Source of the DNA: Raillietiella orientalis
Taxonomy: Eukaryota
DNA: 64,000 nucleotides
Assembly: GCA_036172245.1 (NCBI GenBank)
Contig: JAYWIR010000023.1
Span: 186,001 to 250,000 of the forward strand
Direction: 5' to 3'
Position 1 is the first letter of the stretch. Every line of letters starts with the position of its first letter. The position numbers and the translations under genes are program-made. This document shows positions 1 through 12,992 of the stretch, in pieces. Under the pieces are notes generated by a model. It made no database searches and was not told the origin of the DNA. It saw only the letters and a list, made by a program, of their open reading frames with translations.

Positions 1-479
1 ACCCTCTAGCCGTCTTTGGAGGTTTCGATGAGTGCGCAAGAGAAAAGGGAGGGAAGAAAAGAAAAAAAGAGAGAGATGTGAAGAGCAGAAACGATGAAGA
101 GTTTCTCTTTGCTCAGACCCAAGAGGGAACTCCCCGGCTCGTGTTACTCTGGATCTGACAACTGGGGCAACACGCTCTCCGTGTAAGGGTCGCTGACAAG
201 TGCTTCTGTCTACTGGAAGATTGATGCGCGTGTGCGGGTTGCCGGATTCGTGCACGACGTCAGTCATTGGGAGTGAAGGGAATGAATCCTGTAAAGGAGA
301 AGGCGTCCCGGGTTCGAAGCGAAAGATGTCATTACCTCTCGGGAACGGGCCGGATCATCCGAGGGCCTCCCGTGCTCTCATCACCCCCAGACAGGAATCT
401 GGATTTCCCTGATCCTTCTGAGAGGCTTCTCCATCTTCCTCTCCTGTCGAGAAGAAAGACCCGTCGAAAGGATCCTCAT

Positions 480-1110
480 CCGGCCGCATGGGAGTGGAAC
501 CGAGAATCTGGTTCTTCGGGTACGAAGAGCTCTTCTCGGGAGAGTTCATCGCGTTTCCGCACACACCTGCACGCCGTTTCCAAAGGCGTCTGTGCGAGAG
601 GCGCTAAGGCACAGAAGAGCCGGAGCCCGTGACCGCCCCGCGGTCGAGCCAGAGTGCAGATTCCATTCTTCCCGGCCGCATCCTTCTGCAGGTTTCGAAC
701 TGATGTCGCTAGCAGAAAACCCTCGAGGTCACGACCTTGAGGATTTGCTGCTTTCCCCAAAAGGTGCCTTATCGACTTGTCAATTCGTGCCTTTCCCGGC
801 ACCCACTGAACCGTTTCTGTTTCCCCCGTTGTCAAGAGACATCGGCCTTTTTCGCTTCCCGAAGAAGGAGAGTAAACGGACAAAAACCTGAGGCCTGTGC
901 TTGGCAACCGAAGACGGGAACTGCAGGAGCGCTAGGATGGCGTTTTTTGCTTTGCTCTTGGGCACACGACGCGCACGTTTGGGCCCTCGCAGCCCATCCC
1001 GACTTCAGACTCTGGTCTTTCGCCACCAGAAACCAAAGATATTCCATCGACGCCAGGAGCTCGCGTTCTCTCTGAAGCTTCGTCCGCTTCATCCGCCCTC
1101 CTTGGTGCAC
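480..1110 (-). pseudogene. Possible decayed APE-endonuclease domain of a non-LTR retrotransposon
   Basis: Minus-strand ORF 476..907 has LRFLSVYSPSSGSEK (like the APE INVYAP motif) and ARIDK (like SRIDY). The rest is disrupted. Confidence 0.3.
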
Positions 1111-1589
1111 CAGGCAGCATACCCTCGATTTCCAGAGTCAGTAGTTCCAGAGGAGGCAGAACCAGCTCTTGCTTTTGCAGGCAGCAGAGGTCGGTGCAAA
1201 TCCTTGGCACTTTCGGCTGCCGCTACTGCCAATCGCGTCAATGACGGCTGTCGTTGCAGCAAAGAAGCGCCTCTAGTGGCTGCGGTCAAAACTGATCCCC
1301 GAATAAACCCAAGATAATGGGGGAAATGAGCGTAGAGAACCCGATGAGAAGTGGAGGATCCTTGAAGGTTCCCGCAGAACAGATCGCTGGATGAGATCGA
1401 TGTCTAAAACGTGCCGGCACCGTGAACACCGCGGCCGTGTTGCCATGACGTCCGTGCATCCGTGGATTCCAGAAAAGGGAAGGCTCAAGCCAGAGAGTAC
1501 ATCCGTAGGACGCACACTTGCGTCTGCTACCTGATGTCCGTTGATTAACCTCGTAGCCTCGATGCGACCTCTCTCTCGACCAGATGCCA

Positions 1590-1790
1590 CCTCAAAGACG
1601 ACGGTCTTTGAGGTGTCCCTTCCTGTGCCCATGGGTCGTGAAAGCCTCCACATGGTGTTGTCGGGTGGCCCCAGTGGGCGAGAGTCAAATATATGCAAGC
1701 ACTGAAAGGTCAAAGGTCATACTCACTACCCTACAAACTGATATCCCGTATCAGTGCAAATGCTGCTCGGGGAACGAGAAGAATGGCATT
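1590..1790 (+). pseudogene. Possible decayed LINE ORF1 zinc-knuckle region
   Basis: ICKH*KVKGH followed by (shifted frame) IPYQCKCC resembles YCGHGDATGH...PHIQCFLC in the ORF1 at 16113-16919. Confidence 0.3.
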
Positions 1791-1832
1791 TTCCAGAAGA
1801 GAACTTCAAGAAAATGCCATTCTTCTCGTTCC
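1771..1832. repeat. Perfect 23-bp inverted repeat with a 16-nt spacer
   Basis: GGAACGAGAAGAATGGCATTTTC (1771-1793) is the exact reverse complement of 1810-1832. Confidence 0.95.
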
Positions 1833-4800
1833 GAGAGAAGAGAAAAGCGAAGAGCTGAAGAGAAAACACGGCTGCTCGAGGAAACATGGTCTGCCTACAG
1901 CTCAGGACAAAGCTGATTGTGACCTCCCTATACCCATATGTGTCAAAAAAAACAAGCACCGGAAGCAGAAAAGACGGAGAAATCATGTCCCATTCCAGGA
2001 TGACCACTTCCAGAAATGGAAAAAATAGGTGGAAAAGAATCAACGTACAAACCGCAGGCAACAACGCGCGAGCTGAGCACCGCTGCTGGGCAGTCGAAGT
2101 GAGGAGAATGAGGAAGACACGGGGGTGGAAGCCATTAGGCTTGACTTCAGAGTTTCTCGTGGCGCAAGAACGAGTGATCCGTGGAGATCTGCCCGGAAGG
2201 CATCTCCCAACGTGGTGAAGGATGGAGGATACAGTCGATCTCGCGACGTACTCCTGAATCAGGGAAACTGAGGCCGGAGTCACACTTGCCTGCCCCCCGG
2301 TTTCATTTGAAGTTTCCGTCATCGCCCGGATCCACATGGCTTCAAGAAACGAAAAATGAAAGAAGAGGTCTTTAAGATGATTGATGGCGAATTAGGCGTG
2401 AGACTCATCCCCTCGAGGGCTTCAGGAAGTCGTCCATTCCGTGTCCTCGTAATGAATCTGAGCAAGTCATCCTGCCTCACACCAAATACAAAAGATGGCG
2501 CCTAGAACACTCTCCAGCGTTCACTACCAAAACAAAAGGAAAAGGGAAATGGACAATGGACTGACTGATAGTGTACGTTCGTGTGAGAGGCATGATTCAA
2601 AAAATCCCAGCAATCCGATACAAGCTTCTAGAGACAAACGGAAGCCATTAGCAAAAGTTTTCGTCAGGAACTCCTCCCATTCAGATCGCAGCAGTCGGAC
2701 AAGGGCGGGTCAGCGGCAAAGTGGAGGTGAACTGCCGCCCTGGTCCTGCCTCGACGTCTCACTGGCATGCAGCATTGGAAAGGAGTGATCTGCTTGGACT
2801 GCTGAGCATCCCTCGTAAATGCTGCAGGTCAGCAACCACCAGTCTCTCAAGCGGGGATTTCGTGGGGGTTGCCGGTGCGTCCGCCACCAGAAAGCCTGGA
2901 GCGCGCTCAACGCTCAGAGTGGTCCTTCGGGAAAGAGAGGGGAAGAGAGCGAGCCCAGAAGGGCTTCTGAGGAGCCCAGGCAATCCACTCGGTTAAACCG
3001 AAAGTTCCACGGAACTCTTCCATTTCCATCGTTAGGGACCATTGAGACGGGCTCCTGGAAATCGAACTCGGACTTCTTCCAGGAGCAGAACTTCCCAGAA
3101 AGTTTCGTAAAAGTGAGAGCACCGCGGCCCCAAGGGATCACGGCGTTCCCCCAGCAGAGCCACAGGCAGACTGGGGAAGAACGTGCGCTTTTCGGGAAGT
3201 CTGTTCTCAGCCTGTTACGTGGGATAACCTCTCCTGGAAGGACGAGATGATTCGGAAGAACAGCGACGTCCTCCAGACAGAAGTAGAGAGGAAGCGGACT
3301 GGGAAAAGGGAAGCAAACCCTTTAGTGTCTCATGCCACCCGATGATACTGCGGTCGCTTTGGCAGAATTGCCAGGAGCGAGATGCAGGTCCCCTCGCGGG
3401 AAGTTCTCACGGAGTCTGGGAGGAAATGCTTCGGAGAGAAAAGCGACTCCTTAGCTCGGGTCCACCTCCAGGAGGAGAGAATTATCGGATGGATTCCCGT
3501 TCAGGACGTCGGGGGAAAACCGGCACGAAGCGGAGGGGTTCCTGAAGGAAGCATGGCGCGGCGTTTCCCCGGCACCCCACCCGCTGGCGCGGAAGCCTGG
3601 ACCGACGCGGCCAGGACGAGTGCAAGGGGCGGGAGGAGAAGGGAGGTAGGCAACAATGAAGCAGCACCTCGCGGAGATGCTCCTGACGGAGGCTGCAGCT
3701 CCGCAGCTGCCAGGGGGGCGTTCGAAACATCCCGCTCCGAAGTTCGAGGTGCTGGGAAGGACGGTTCTTTGCTCCCCTTCCCCCCTCTTCTCCTTTTCGG
3801 AAGAGCAATTCGGTCTCCCGATCCCAGAAGTAGCTCCCGGTTTCCAGCTCGCAGCAGGTGTCTCCCCGTTCTTTCTTTCACGCAAGGGAGAGTGTGGACG
3901 GGAAGAGTGGGCTCACGCCAGGGGTGGCCATCCTTCCCTCTCTTTGCCCCTCCTCCGGGGCTCCTCCAAGGACCTCGCGAAGTTCTGGGAGAGACGAGCG
4001 GATGAGAAAGGAGGACGCGGGAGGAGTTCAACTGGCGTCAGAGGCAGAGCACCCGGAGAGCAGCGGTTTCGCTTTCTCTTCCCGCGCTGGCAGCAATCGA
4101 AAAAAAGCGGCGACTCGATCTTCTCGACGTACGGAAACGGACTTCCTTCGCGATTAGGGCTCCTCCTGAGGGCGAAAGCGATCAGATTTCCAAAAGCGGC
4201 CCTTCACACGAGGGGCTTACTTGCGGAACCTCGAGTGGATCCGGGAAGTTCGTACCTTCGGGGACGTTCCGCGGGAGCAAGCCGGGAGAACGCTCCGTAC
4301 CCCTGCCACTCGTCCTCTTACCGGAACAGGAGTGCGTGCCAGTAACCATCTGCGGCGGAAAATCCGCATGGACCAGCTGATAGGTCCTTCTGAGGGTGGG
4401 TGGACCTGGTGCCACCAGTCGTGAGGAAGGGTGGAGGGTGGAGGCAGCTTCCGGACGACCGCTCGTCGATTGGATGCCGTCCATGGCCTCTGCACGAGTT
4501 CAGGGCGCGCAACCGCCGACCGGACGTGTGCATAAGCTTGAGCGCCCCGTGTGCCTTTCCCTAAAGATGACTGAGCTCTTTTCACCACCACCCTTCCTGG
4601 CCGCTCCGTCTCCCCTTCTCCCAAGCCGGGAAGCTCTGCCCGTCGCATCTTGGGGTCGGCGCCCACGGAACGGCCAGGACCGTCATCCCGTCGCTAAGAA
4701 AGAGGTCGCCGTGGAAAGCTGTGGTTCCCTGAGAAGTCTGGGAGGAAGCTGCGGACGGGGGAAAGATGGCGGAGCAGGTCCGTCTCGCTATCCAGGATCT

Positions 4801-5989
4801 CCAGAACGCAAATGGAGGAGGCAGCAGCAACTGCCAACAAGATGATTCAAGATGACCCCCTGTCCTGCGCAACCTGCTGGTCTCTGCCGAGGTAGATGAT
4901 ACCGCTTCCAGACGGTGCTCTCGTCCCCCTCCCCCAGCTCGGGTCCATCTGCCCTGGAAGCGCTCGGTGAGCGGCTCCCCAAGCGATCGGGGAGGAGAGG
5001 GTGGAATCCCTTCGTTTCGCGCGGGAAGGCGACTCCCGGGAGGCCGACTCTGGGCGATTTCCCGACTCGCGGCGGTCCGTTCGACGGATCCCAGGAGAGA
5101 GCCTACGGCGGCTTCCGCAATGTGTCCGGTAGCGCCTTCCTTCCAGAGAAGATTCGGGAAAGGGAGGGCAAGCGAGGGCAGAAGGGAAGGGATCCTGAGA
5201 GGAGTCACGTGCGCTCTCGAATCGCCTGCGACAAGTGACCATGGAGGAATCAAGGAGTAAATCTTCGGAAGGAGTTCTCCCTTTCTCCTTCTCCCTCAGC
5301 ATACTTCCTGAGGCATTACCGAGAAGCCCCGACCCGAGGACGTGTGCAGGAGCCCCACGTCTCTCGAAGGGATCCCCCACGTCTTAGAGAGACTGCTCTT
5401 CCCAGAGTCGGTAGCGGACGCTCCCCTTCCGCCGCCTCTGTCTCTCACCGGACTTGGCAGCGTTCCCGGATTCTCCCTTATTCCCAGTGGCGCTACGGAG
5501 AACACCCTGTGGGACGTGCGAGAGAAAATCCTGCGGCGTGACTCACCCCTCTCATAGAAGCCCCTAGGTCTTGGTCCGGAGCTCTCTTGATGCTTCCGAC
5601 CTCCCGCAGTTTAGCTCGCGAACCGCTCCCGAATCCCCCGTTTTCTCCGCGCTCCCGATGGAACCTCCGAAGACCCGACGAACCTTGCGAGCGGAGAGGA
5701 AATGGGGTGGGGATGGGGATGAGAAGTCCGGCGAGGTGAGTTGCTTCCTCCTTTTCCCCCTCCTGAAGTTTCCCACGGGAGACGAGAGCCTTGGGAGCGG
5801 TGGGTCCACCGCCTCCCTTCCTCGAGTCTCCTCGATGCAGGCGCGCGGGAGGTGGTGCGAGGGGTCCGAGGCAGCAGGAGACACCCCGTCTCTCGTGCTG
5901 CCCACACGCGGAGGGAGCGCCGGCGTGGGAAGGACGTTGAGACCTCCCTGATTGCAACCTAACTGTGCCCCCGCGGGCCTGTTTTCAAG

Positions 5990-6153
5990 GGAATGAGCTG
6001 AGACCCCACAGCCTCCCGGAAAGGCCCCAGAGGAAGGACAGCGGTAGCCACCTGAAGCCGTTCTTCTACAACTTCCCTAAGAGTGAGATTGAGGCCGGCG
6101 TCAGCTCGACGGTCTTCCTGAACTGCGCCGTGAAGCAGCTGGAAGACAAATCA
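5990..6153 (+). CDS. dpr/zig-8-like Ig-superfamily cell-surface protein, internal coding exon (start of Ig1)
   Basis: Acceptor ttttcaag|, donor |gtaggt. Encodes ...KPFFYNFPKSEIEAGVSSTVFLNCAVKQLEDKS and joins the 8381 exon in phase 0 (LEDKS|VSWIR). Confidence 0.85.
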
Positions 6154-6199
6154 GTAGGTGCCTTCCTGACTCCAGACGCTCTTTTCCCTTGCCGACGTC

Positions 6200-6415
6200 A
6201 TCCTTCCTTCTTCCTTTTCCTCTTCTTTCTTTCCTCTCTTTCCTCTTCCTTCCTTCCTCCCTTTCCTCTTTCTTCCTTCCTCCCTTTTCTCTTCCTTCCT
6301 CTTTCTGACTTCTTTCTCCCTTCCTCCTCCTTCTCCTCTCTCTGTTGCTCTTTTTCTTTTCTTCTTCTTCGTTTTTCCTTTCTTCTTCCCGTTCTCCCCT
6401 CTCACCCTTTCTTTC
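6200..6415. repeat. Low-complexity polypyrimidine (C/T) tract in intron
   Basis: About 215 nt that are almost all C and T. Confidence 0.9.
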
Positions 6416-8380
6416 GAGAGAAAAGCAGATGACGCCACTAGTAACGCTTTTGTCAGAAGCTTCACGTTCGGGGTTCTGCGGTCTCTTCCGCTGCCTCAAG
6501 AGCGCCCGCGTGCAAAACCACGAAGGACCCCAGTGACCACCAACAGGAAGTATACAGACCGGACGAGAAAGCGCAGGAAGACCCGGTCGACGTTTTGCGC
6601 CCCGGCGCCGCAAAGGCTCCTGACCAAAGCTCTCCCCCCCCTTACCATGGCGATTCGGAAGGGAGAGTTACTATAGCGAGAGTGGAAAGGAAAAGACTGG
6701 CAAGGGGTCTCCACGGAGCATCCCCGGTGAGCGTCCGGGTGGTTTGCCTCCGTTTCGCCCTGGGATCAGTCTCCAGCCTCTGGCAGATGAACTATGCGAT
6801 CCCTCCCTGGGAAATCCGGGGTGGCCCTGAGGACAACGCTTGCCAGATGAAAGACGAATAGGCGGCTTCCAACCCGCTCTCCTGCCTTGGAGTTCAGGGC
6901 CGAGGGGTTGCTCTGGGCCAGAAGGCAGTAGCCGGACCGGACGGACCCTGACCTCAAGGCGCTCCGGGAGTCCGGACCCGCCGTCCTCTCCAGGTTACCT
7001 TTGACAACATCCTCTCATGGTGTCTCGGACGCGCGGGGTGGTGGCAGGCTCTGACCCACCCCGCAGTCCGAGCTTCGCCATGGACCGGAGAGGCGCGTGC
7101 GACGGGAGCGATCTCCTCCAGGATGTCGGGTTGCCGCAAGACGGTGGTGCAGGGGGATCGGCGAGAGCGAAACTTCCGGGCGCCTCATGTACCTTCCGCC
7201 CAAGAGATGCCCCCTCCTTCCAGTGTCTGGACGAAAGCGTGTCCCCCAGGATGGCGGACATTCCAGCCGGATGCAGTGGTTTGCTCCCTGCTCTCCAGCG
7301 AAGAGGGAGCGATCCACTCGACCGGAGGAACGGGCGCTCCCCCTGGAAGAAGGGGGAGAAGGGAAGTGAGAGGAAAGGACTCTTTTTCGCTTGGCAATTT
7401 GTCTTGTCCCTCCCGCGCAACTCCCCATTCCGAGATCTCATCTGGGGGACCGGATCGAGACGGCGAAGAGCTGAAGAGAGATCTGTCAAGCGAAGGGCGA
7501 TGGTTTCCATGGGAGCCGTAAACCCATTTCGAGGGGAGGGGAAATCCTTAGCGCTTGGGATCCCGATGCCCGTGCGGTCGAAATCGCAGCCTCCCTGCCA
7601 GCAAGCGATGCGCGTCCCCTTCTTGCTGCTGGAAGCTGGCGAGTGTTCTCGAGATAGAGGCTCCCGGGGACTGACCATTCTTGGATCGGAGGCACTCTCG
7701 ACGGGCGCCTTTTCGATAGGCAGCCATCCGATGACAATCGGACAGGCGAACTGCCGTCTCGGATCCGAGGAAGAGGGAAAGGAGGGGGGTAGGTGAGGGA
7801 GGCGGGTAAGAAGAAGGAAGCCTTGTATCCCCTTTCCATCGCTCCTAAAGCTGCCATCGGTGGGGGCTCTCCTCTGCGCCTCTGGAGGCCATCTCACGCA
7901 AGAGAGGAGAGAGGTGCGAGACGCAGTTCCTGCGCCCCTGAAGTCACCTCACCCTCCATGGAGGAACTGCGGATGGTGGGACCTGCGAGAGGAAGAGTCA
8001 GAGCTTCCCCACCGATTCGACCGACCGCGGGACGGACCGGGAAGCTCGTGGGAGGGCTCCATCGTCTCACTCGGGAGGAAAGCGCCTCCCACTGCTCCGG
8101 CAGGGAGCGCGGAGGAGGGGAGGGTAAGAGAAAGGTGCTCGCTCCGTTTTCCTTCCAGGATCCTCCTCCTTCTTCCACCAGTGCCGCCACGGTGCTCCTC
8201 TTCCGGCAACCCTGGCGATCTGGGAACCTCCCCCCTTTTCCTGCTTCTTTGAAAGCGGAGAGAGGGCAGACTTCCTGTAGGGGTGAGCCAGTCGAACGCC
8301 TTCCGGGCGCTTCCGGAGTGGCTCTGCCGCTGCCGCCGGCGTCGCCCCTTCCCCCATGTCGCTGACGAGCTCTCGCGCAG

Positions 8381-8591
8381 GTTTCCTGGATCCGGAGACG
8401 GGACCTCCACATCCTCACCGTCGGGATCTACACCTACACCAAGGATTCCAGGTTCCAGTGCCTGCACGACCACGGGTCGAGCGAGTGGGTGCTCAGGATC
8501 CTATCCGTGAGGACCAACGACTCCGGCACCTACGACTGCCAAGTGAACACCGAGCCGAAGACGAGCCACTCCTTCGTCCTCAAGGTGTACG
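8381..8591 (+). CDS. dpr/zig-8-like protein, exon encoding the Ig1 core
   Basis: Branch-like gctgac, acceptor cgcag|, donor |gtcagt (phase 1). Encodes VSWIRRRDLHILTVGIYTYTKDSRFQCLHDHGSSEWVLRILSVRTNDSGTYDCQVNTEP, the characteristic dpr Ig1 signature. Confidence 0.92.
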
Positions 8592-11500
8592 GTCAGTGGA
8601 AAAAGGAGGGAGCTCCCTTCCCGCTCTTTGGGCTCTCCTGAGGGGACTACAGAGAGGGAGGGTCTCGCGCCTTCGCGCCGGATCCTTCCCAGTACGCGGC
8701 GAGAGCTCGAGCGAGAAAGACCGGATGGTCACTTCTAGGACTCGCGTCCCGGAAGGACACGGAAGCTGTGATGGGGAAAAGCGGACAACCTCCGTTCCTT
8801 CCCCGGATCGTTTCCCGGTCGGGCTAACGCAGTCCAAGGAACCGCCGTGCGACCCTGGAATCCGGAAGTTGCATCCGAAGGTTCCATCCTGCTACGGAAG
8901 CGGGATGGTTCCTGGGGGCTCCGTTTGCACTTGGGACGGATCAGGAGTCCTCTGGTCTCGGCAGGGGGTCCCTCAGGGGAGAAGTCCGCAGTACGTTTTC
9001 TCGGTCGCGGCCCTTTTCTGTCTTCTGACTTGAACCTCTTACCATCTTTCCTCAGCTTTGAATTCCGTAGCTCGGAACTCTCCGTGTCCTTGGTTCTCCC
9101 GTCGTCTCACTTCTTCCTCTTGGGACTTCCCTGTCCTTCGGATGGCGAAAACCCGCCCACGTCTGTCAGCGACTCCCTTCGATTCGGTCTGTGCAGGCGT
9201 TCCCGGCTCTGGATGGAAGCCATGTGTCGTGGCAAGCCATCCGCTCGAGCATCTTCGTTGGCAACCGGTCAGCAACCCAGATCTTCCAGCATCTGGCAGG
9301 CGGATGCTCTTTCTCGAAACGTGAGCTCGCACAAGAGGCATGGTCTCCAATAAAGTGGACTTCTTTTCCCTCCCTTCATCTGGCCACCGCCCGCACCTAT
9401 CATTCCCTGAGGTCGGTCTGGTCTCCAAGCAGCACCGCTCCAGGAAAGTCGTCCCATCTCTGGTTTGCCGCTTCCCCCTCCCTCAGGGCTCCTCTTCAAG
9501 CCTCGAGAAAAGTCCCGTGCTGCCGACGTCACGGGGAATTGGATACCCCTCGGTGTGCGACGACTCCAGGACGGACAAGCCGCTGAGCAGACGGCGTGTA
9601 TGCGTCAATTGGAGACAGCCAGCGACACGCACACGGCACGTGGAGTTCCCGACACTCCGGCATGCGGAAACTGCGTGACTGTCCACCATTTCCGGCCACT
9701 GGGTCCTCCTCGGTGCACTCTTCATCTGTCCGTGAAAGAAAAGGAGAAAAAATATAAGACCTACTCCTGATCATCGCCGCTTTCCCCTAAGTGAAGGCTG
9801 AATCCCCGCGAAGAATTCCATCCCGGAATTCCTCAGAGCTTAGCATGGTTGTCTTCTATATTGCGTAAAAGCCGGATGTTCTGATATAGAGATTTTCCAA
9901 AACCAATACCAGGATCAATAACGACTGAGTCTTAATCAAAACCTAAAGTTCGCAATCTGTTGACAATCCTCTCTGCCCAATGGTTTATAGTATTAATCTG
10001 ATCTGGCAAACAGTATCCCTATGTGGTGGTCTTGGAACGCATCCGACTCACCTGGTCGTTCCTCTTATGTGGATCGTGTCGGGAGGAACGGCCAGGTGAG
10101 TCGCTCCTAACCGCATCATGAGGTTATCCTGCCCCTACAAACCGCGGCGATTCCTTTCCCGTTCCCTTCCCCTTACCCCTTTTCTCTCCCTTTCCCCCTA
10201 GTAGCGACGGAGGTGCAGTCGCCAGACCCAGAAAACCAACAAAAACGAAGCAGGAGTTTGCCTGCTGCTCGCCGTTTCCTTGGCAGCGAACTGACGTCCA
10301 GGAGACAGGAACATGGGAATTCCCGCAGTTGTTCCCGGGTTGACGGAAATGGATAGTTGGAAGCTGGGAAATCACGAAAGCTTTTAGGGAAAACGGGAGA
10401 CCGTCATGGGCGAAAAATGGAACGAAACCTTCGTGACGCGATCACGTGGGGAGAGGCCGCGAGAAGATGGGAATTCTCCTCCCGCGGTCGCAGCCTCTCT
10501 CCCTTCCTCTTCTTCTTCCAACAACTTCCGGCTTCCGCTCCTTTCACAGTCAATCAAAGAAGGCCTTGTGGAATTCCCGTGTCGGCACGGAGGCGGCGAC
10601 CGGCAGGCCCTGCAGAAGACAACGCCCCGAGAAGGAAGGAAGGAAGGAGATGCTTCCGTGAGCCGGGCGTGGGTGTGCAGCCACCGACGACGACGACGAC
10701 GTCCAGGAGGTGGCGCTGCGCTCTCTCCTGCCGAGGTCGGCTACCTCTGCCCAGTCACCCTCTCGAGCGCGCCTGAGGGGACACTTGGCGGTCGCGTTTC
10801 TCGCAGAGAACAGGAGTCCTCCCGGCCGGAGTGCCCGGCTTCCTCCTGCTTCTTCTGATGGGCGCTTCCTGGGAGCTCTGCACTCCCCGAAGAGTGCAAT
10901 GATGGATCGCAATGAAATCTTTTCCATCTTTATTATTATCAGACACCTGTCACACTGACCCAACACATCTTCATTTCCTGATCTCATCCCTCTCTTTCGT
11001 TCGAGCTCCCGGCAGAAATATTTATGGTCGACTGTCGCCCTCGAGATCCCAAAAGCGTCCTCATCCAAGAATACCCTGCTGCATCGTGTGCGAAACGTGA
11101 ATTGCTTTCCACTCGTTCTCGAGACCAGAGCTTTTCTAATCCCGTGTTTTTTTTTGGTTTAAAAAAAAAAGGGAATTGAAAACTCGCGAATGAGTTTCGA
11201 GCAAGCGAGATGAACGGCGCAGCATCTGGAGCCGGTCTGAAGCTAAATCTCCCTGACTGACTTGGGGGAGCGGTTTCACGGGGGCTGGCGAGGGGTCGGC
11301 AGCGACAAGAGCGCCGCTACGCAAAAACCTGCCGAAAAAATCTGGAAGGTGCCCGCAGAAACGCATGGGAGGAAGGGGGGGAACCCGATGTGCTTCGGTA
11401 TTTCCGGTGCGCGCGCCCCTTCGCGGCGCCAGCGGGATCGGAGGGACGGGCATCCTGAGACCTCTCCTGAGACTATCCTGTCGAAGCGTCGGTCCCCCTA

Positions 11501-11967
11501 GCGCCCAGCGCCGCAGCTAGGGGCGTCCGCATCTGCTGCGTCCGAGCTCGCGGACTCGGTCGGGTCAGCCCACCCTCCCCCTTCCTCCTGCACGCGAACG
11601 CCCACAATCCCGAATCGAAAGCCGCGGGCAGCGAGGACCTTTCGGTAAGCCAAGTTCCCTTCTCGTCCCTCGGGTGCAGGGAAGAACGGGGAGAGAGCGC
11701 CTCGGCGAAAAGCGCGACGACGCGTTTCCCGTGGCGGCAGTCCCGAGGAGAATCCTCGAAAGTGGCTACTCGTCACGAGAGCCTCGCCCAGACCTTTATC
11801 CACCGCGTTGCTTCGCGCGTCCCCCCCCCCCGTACTGCGGTGGTCGCGAGGCTGGGGAGGCTGCGCGCGCGTACCCGCCCACCGCGAAAGGCAGAGGCCG
11901 GTCTACCTCGCCGGAAGGTGTCCCTTAGCGACCCGCACACTCACACTTGCCTTCTCCCGTCTCCCAG

Positions 11968-12228
11968 AAGCGAAAGCCATGATCCTCGGCAACGGGGAAG
12001 TTTACCTCCGCAGCGGGAACGCGCTGACGCTTACGTGCAAAGTGGAACCGTCGTCTACGCAGATCAGGTGGATGAAGGACCAGGACGAGGTTTCAGACGA
12101 CCTCGTGAGGCAATCTCAGGGGACGTCCCTCCTCCGGATAGACAGGACATCGTTCCGCCACTCGGGAAAGTACACCTGCACCGGGAAGAATGTCAGGAAA
12201 GATTCCGTGCTGGTGCACATCATCAGAG
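11968..12228 (+). CDS. dpr/zig-8-like protein, exon encoding Ig2
   Basis: Acceptor ctcccag|, donor |gtaaag, phase 1-1. Encodes AMILGNGEVYLRSGNALTLTC...IRWMKD...HSGKYTCTG...VLVHIIR. Confidence 0.9.
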
Positions 12229-12897
12229 GTAAAGGAGGTTCGGCTGGAGGGTGCGGGTGTGGTTAACCGCGATGCGAACGAAAAGTTCCGCTCGCAGGGA
12301 GGTGGCCACTGCGTAGAGCTCGAAGCGCACGCACTCTCGCGGCTGCATGGTAGGAGGGGGGAAGAGGGTCGGAAGCTGCGAAAAAAACGATTCGCTCCCC
12401 TAGCATCTTCCGTCAGTGCCCACTCCTCCCTCCTTTCGCCCTACTCTCCTCTCCGACGGCCCTGCACGCACCAGGCGCTCGTGCGCGATCAGAGGGTTGC
12501 CATCCGCCCCGAGGACCTCACCCCGTGAATCGGCAAAGCGCTTCGGGGTGCCGCTGCTTGCGTGGACTCCGGCGGCGCCTGCGCCAGCATCGAGGCTCTA
12601 CGATTCCGGATGTGCGTCCCATCGGGGCGCTAGCACATTCCAGGAGACCTGTCGACTCGCATCCCTGTGGGCCGCACTCCACCTCGCGCGCACCTTCAAT
12701 GACCTCTCGCAAGAAAGCCCGGCTGGAGTGCCGCTCTCGTAAGCGGATGCGGTGCAAAACCCTGCCGAAGCGGTTCTTTCTCTGCCCTTCTCCGGTGCGG
12801 GGGCAGTAGTGACGTAATTGAACCTGTTTGCCTAACCTCGCTTCCGTGCTGATCAAGCTAACCTCGGGTCATCGTTCTTGATGTTCTTTCCTTTCAG

Positions 12898-12992
12898 ATG
12901 AGCAGCAGGCAGCCATTCATCACAGCCTGGGTTCGAAAAAAGCTCTTCGAGAGTCACTAATTTGGATACTGCTCTCGAAGATCATCCTCTAA
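12898..12992 (+). CDS. dpr/zig-8-like protein, last coding exon (hydrophobic C-terminus, GPI-signal-like)
   Basis: Acceptor ctttcctttcag|, phase 1. Encodes DEQQAAIHHSLGSKKALRESLIWILLSKIIL*. AATAAA follows at 13164-13169. Confidence 0.75.

Noticed and set aside
5700..5741. GAG|GTGAGT as donor of the dpr first coding exon
   Set aside because: The required phase-1 frame has a TGA just upstream and encodes no signal peptide.
6101..6613. Arg/Glu/Lys-rich ORFs
   Set aside because: Translation artefacts of the intronic C/T tract.
6995..7897. 300-aa ORF (likewise 21266-22165 and 35040-35888)
   Set aside because: No recognisable domain; overlapping ORFs in many frames are expected in GC-rich, stop-poor DNA.
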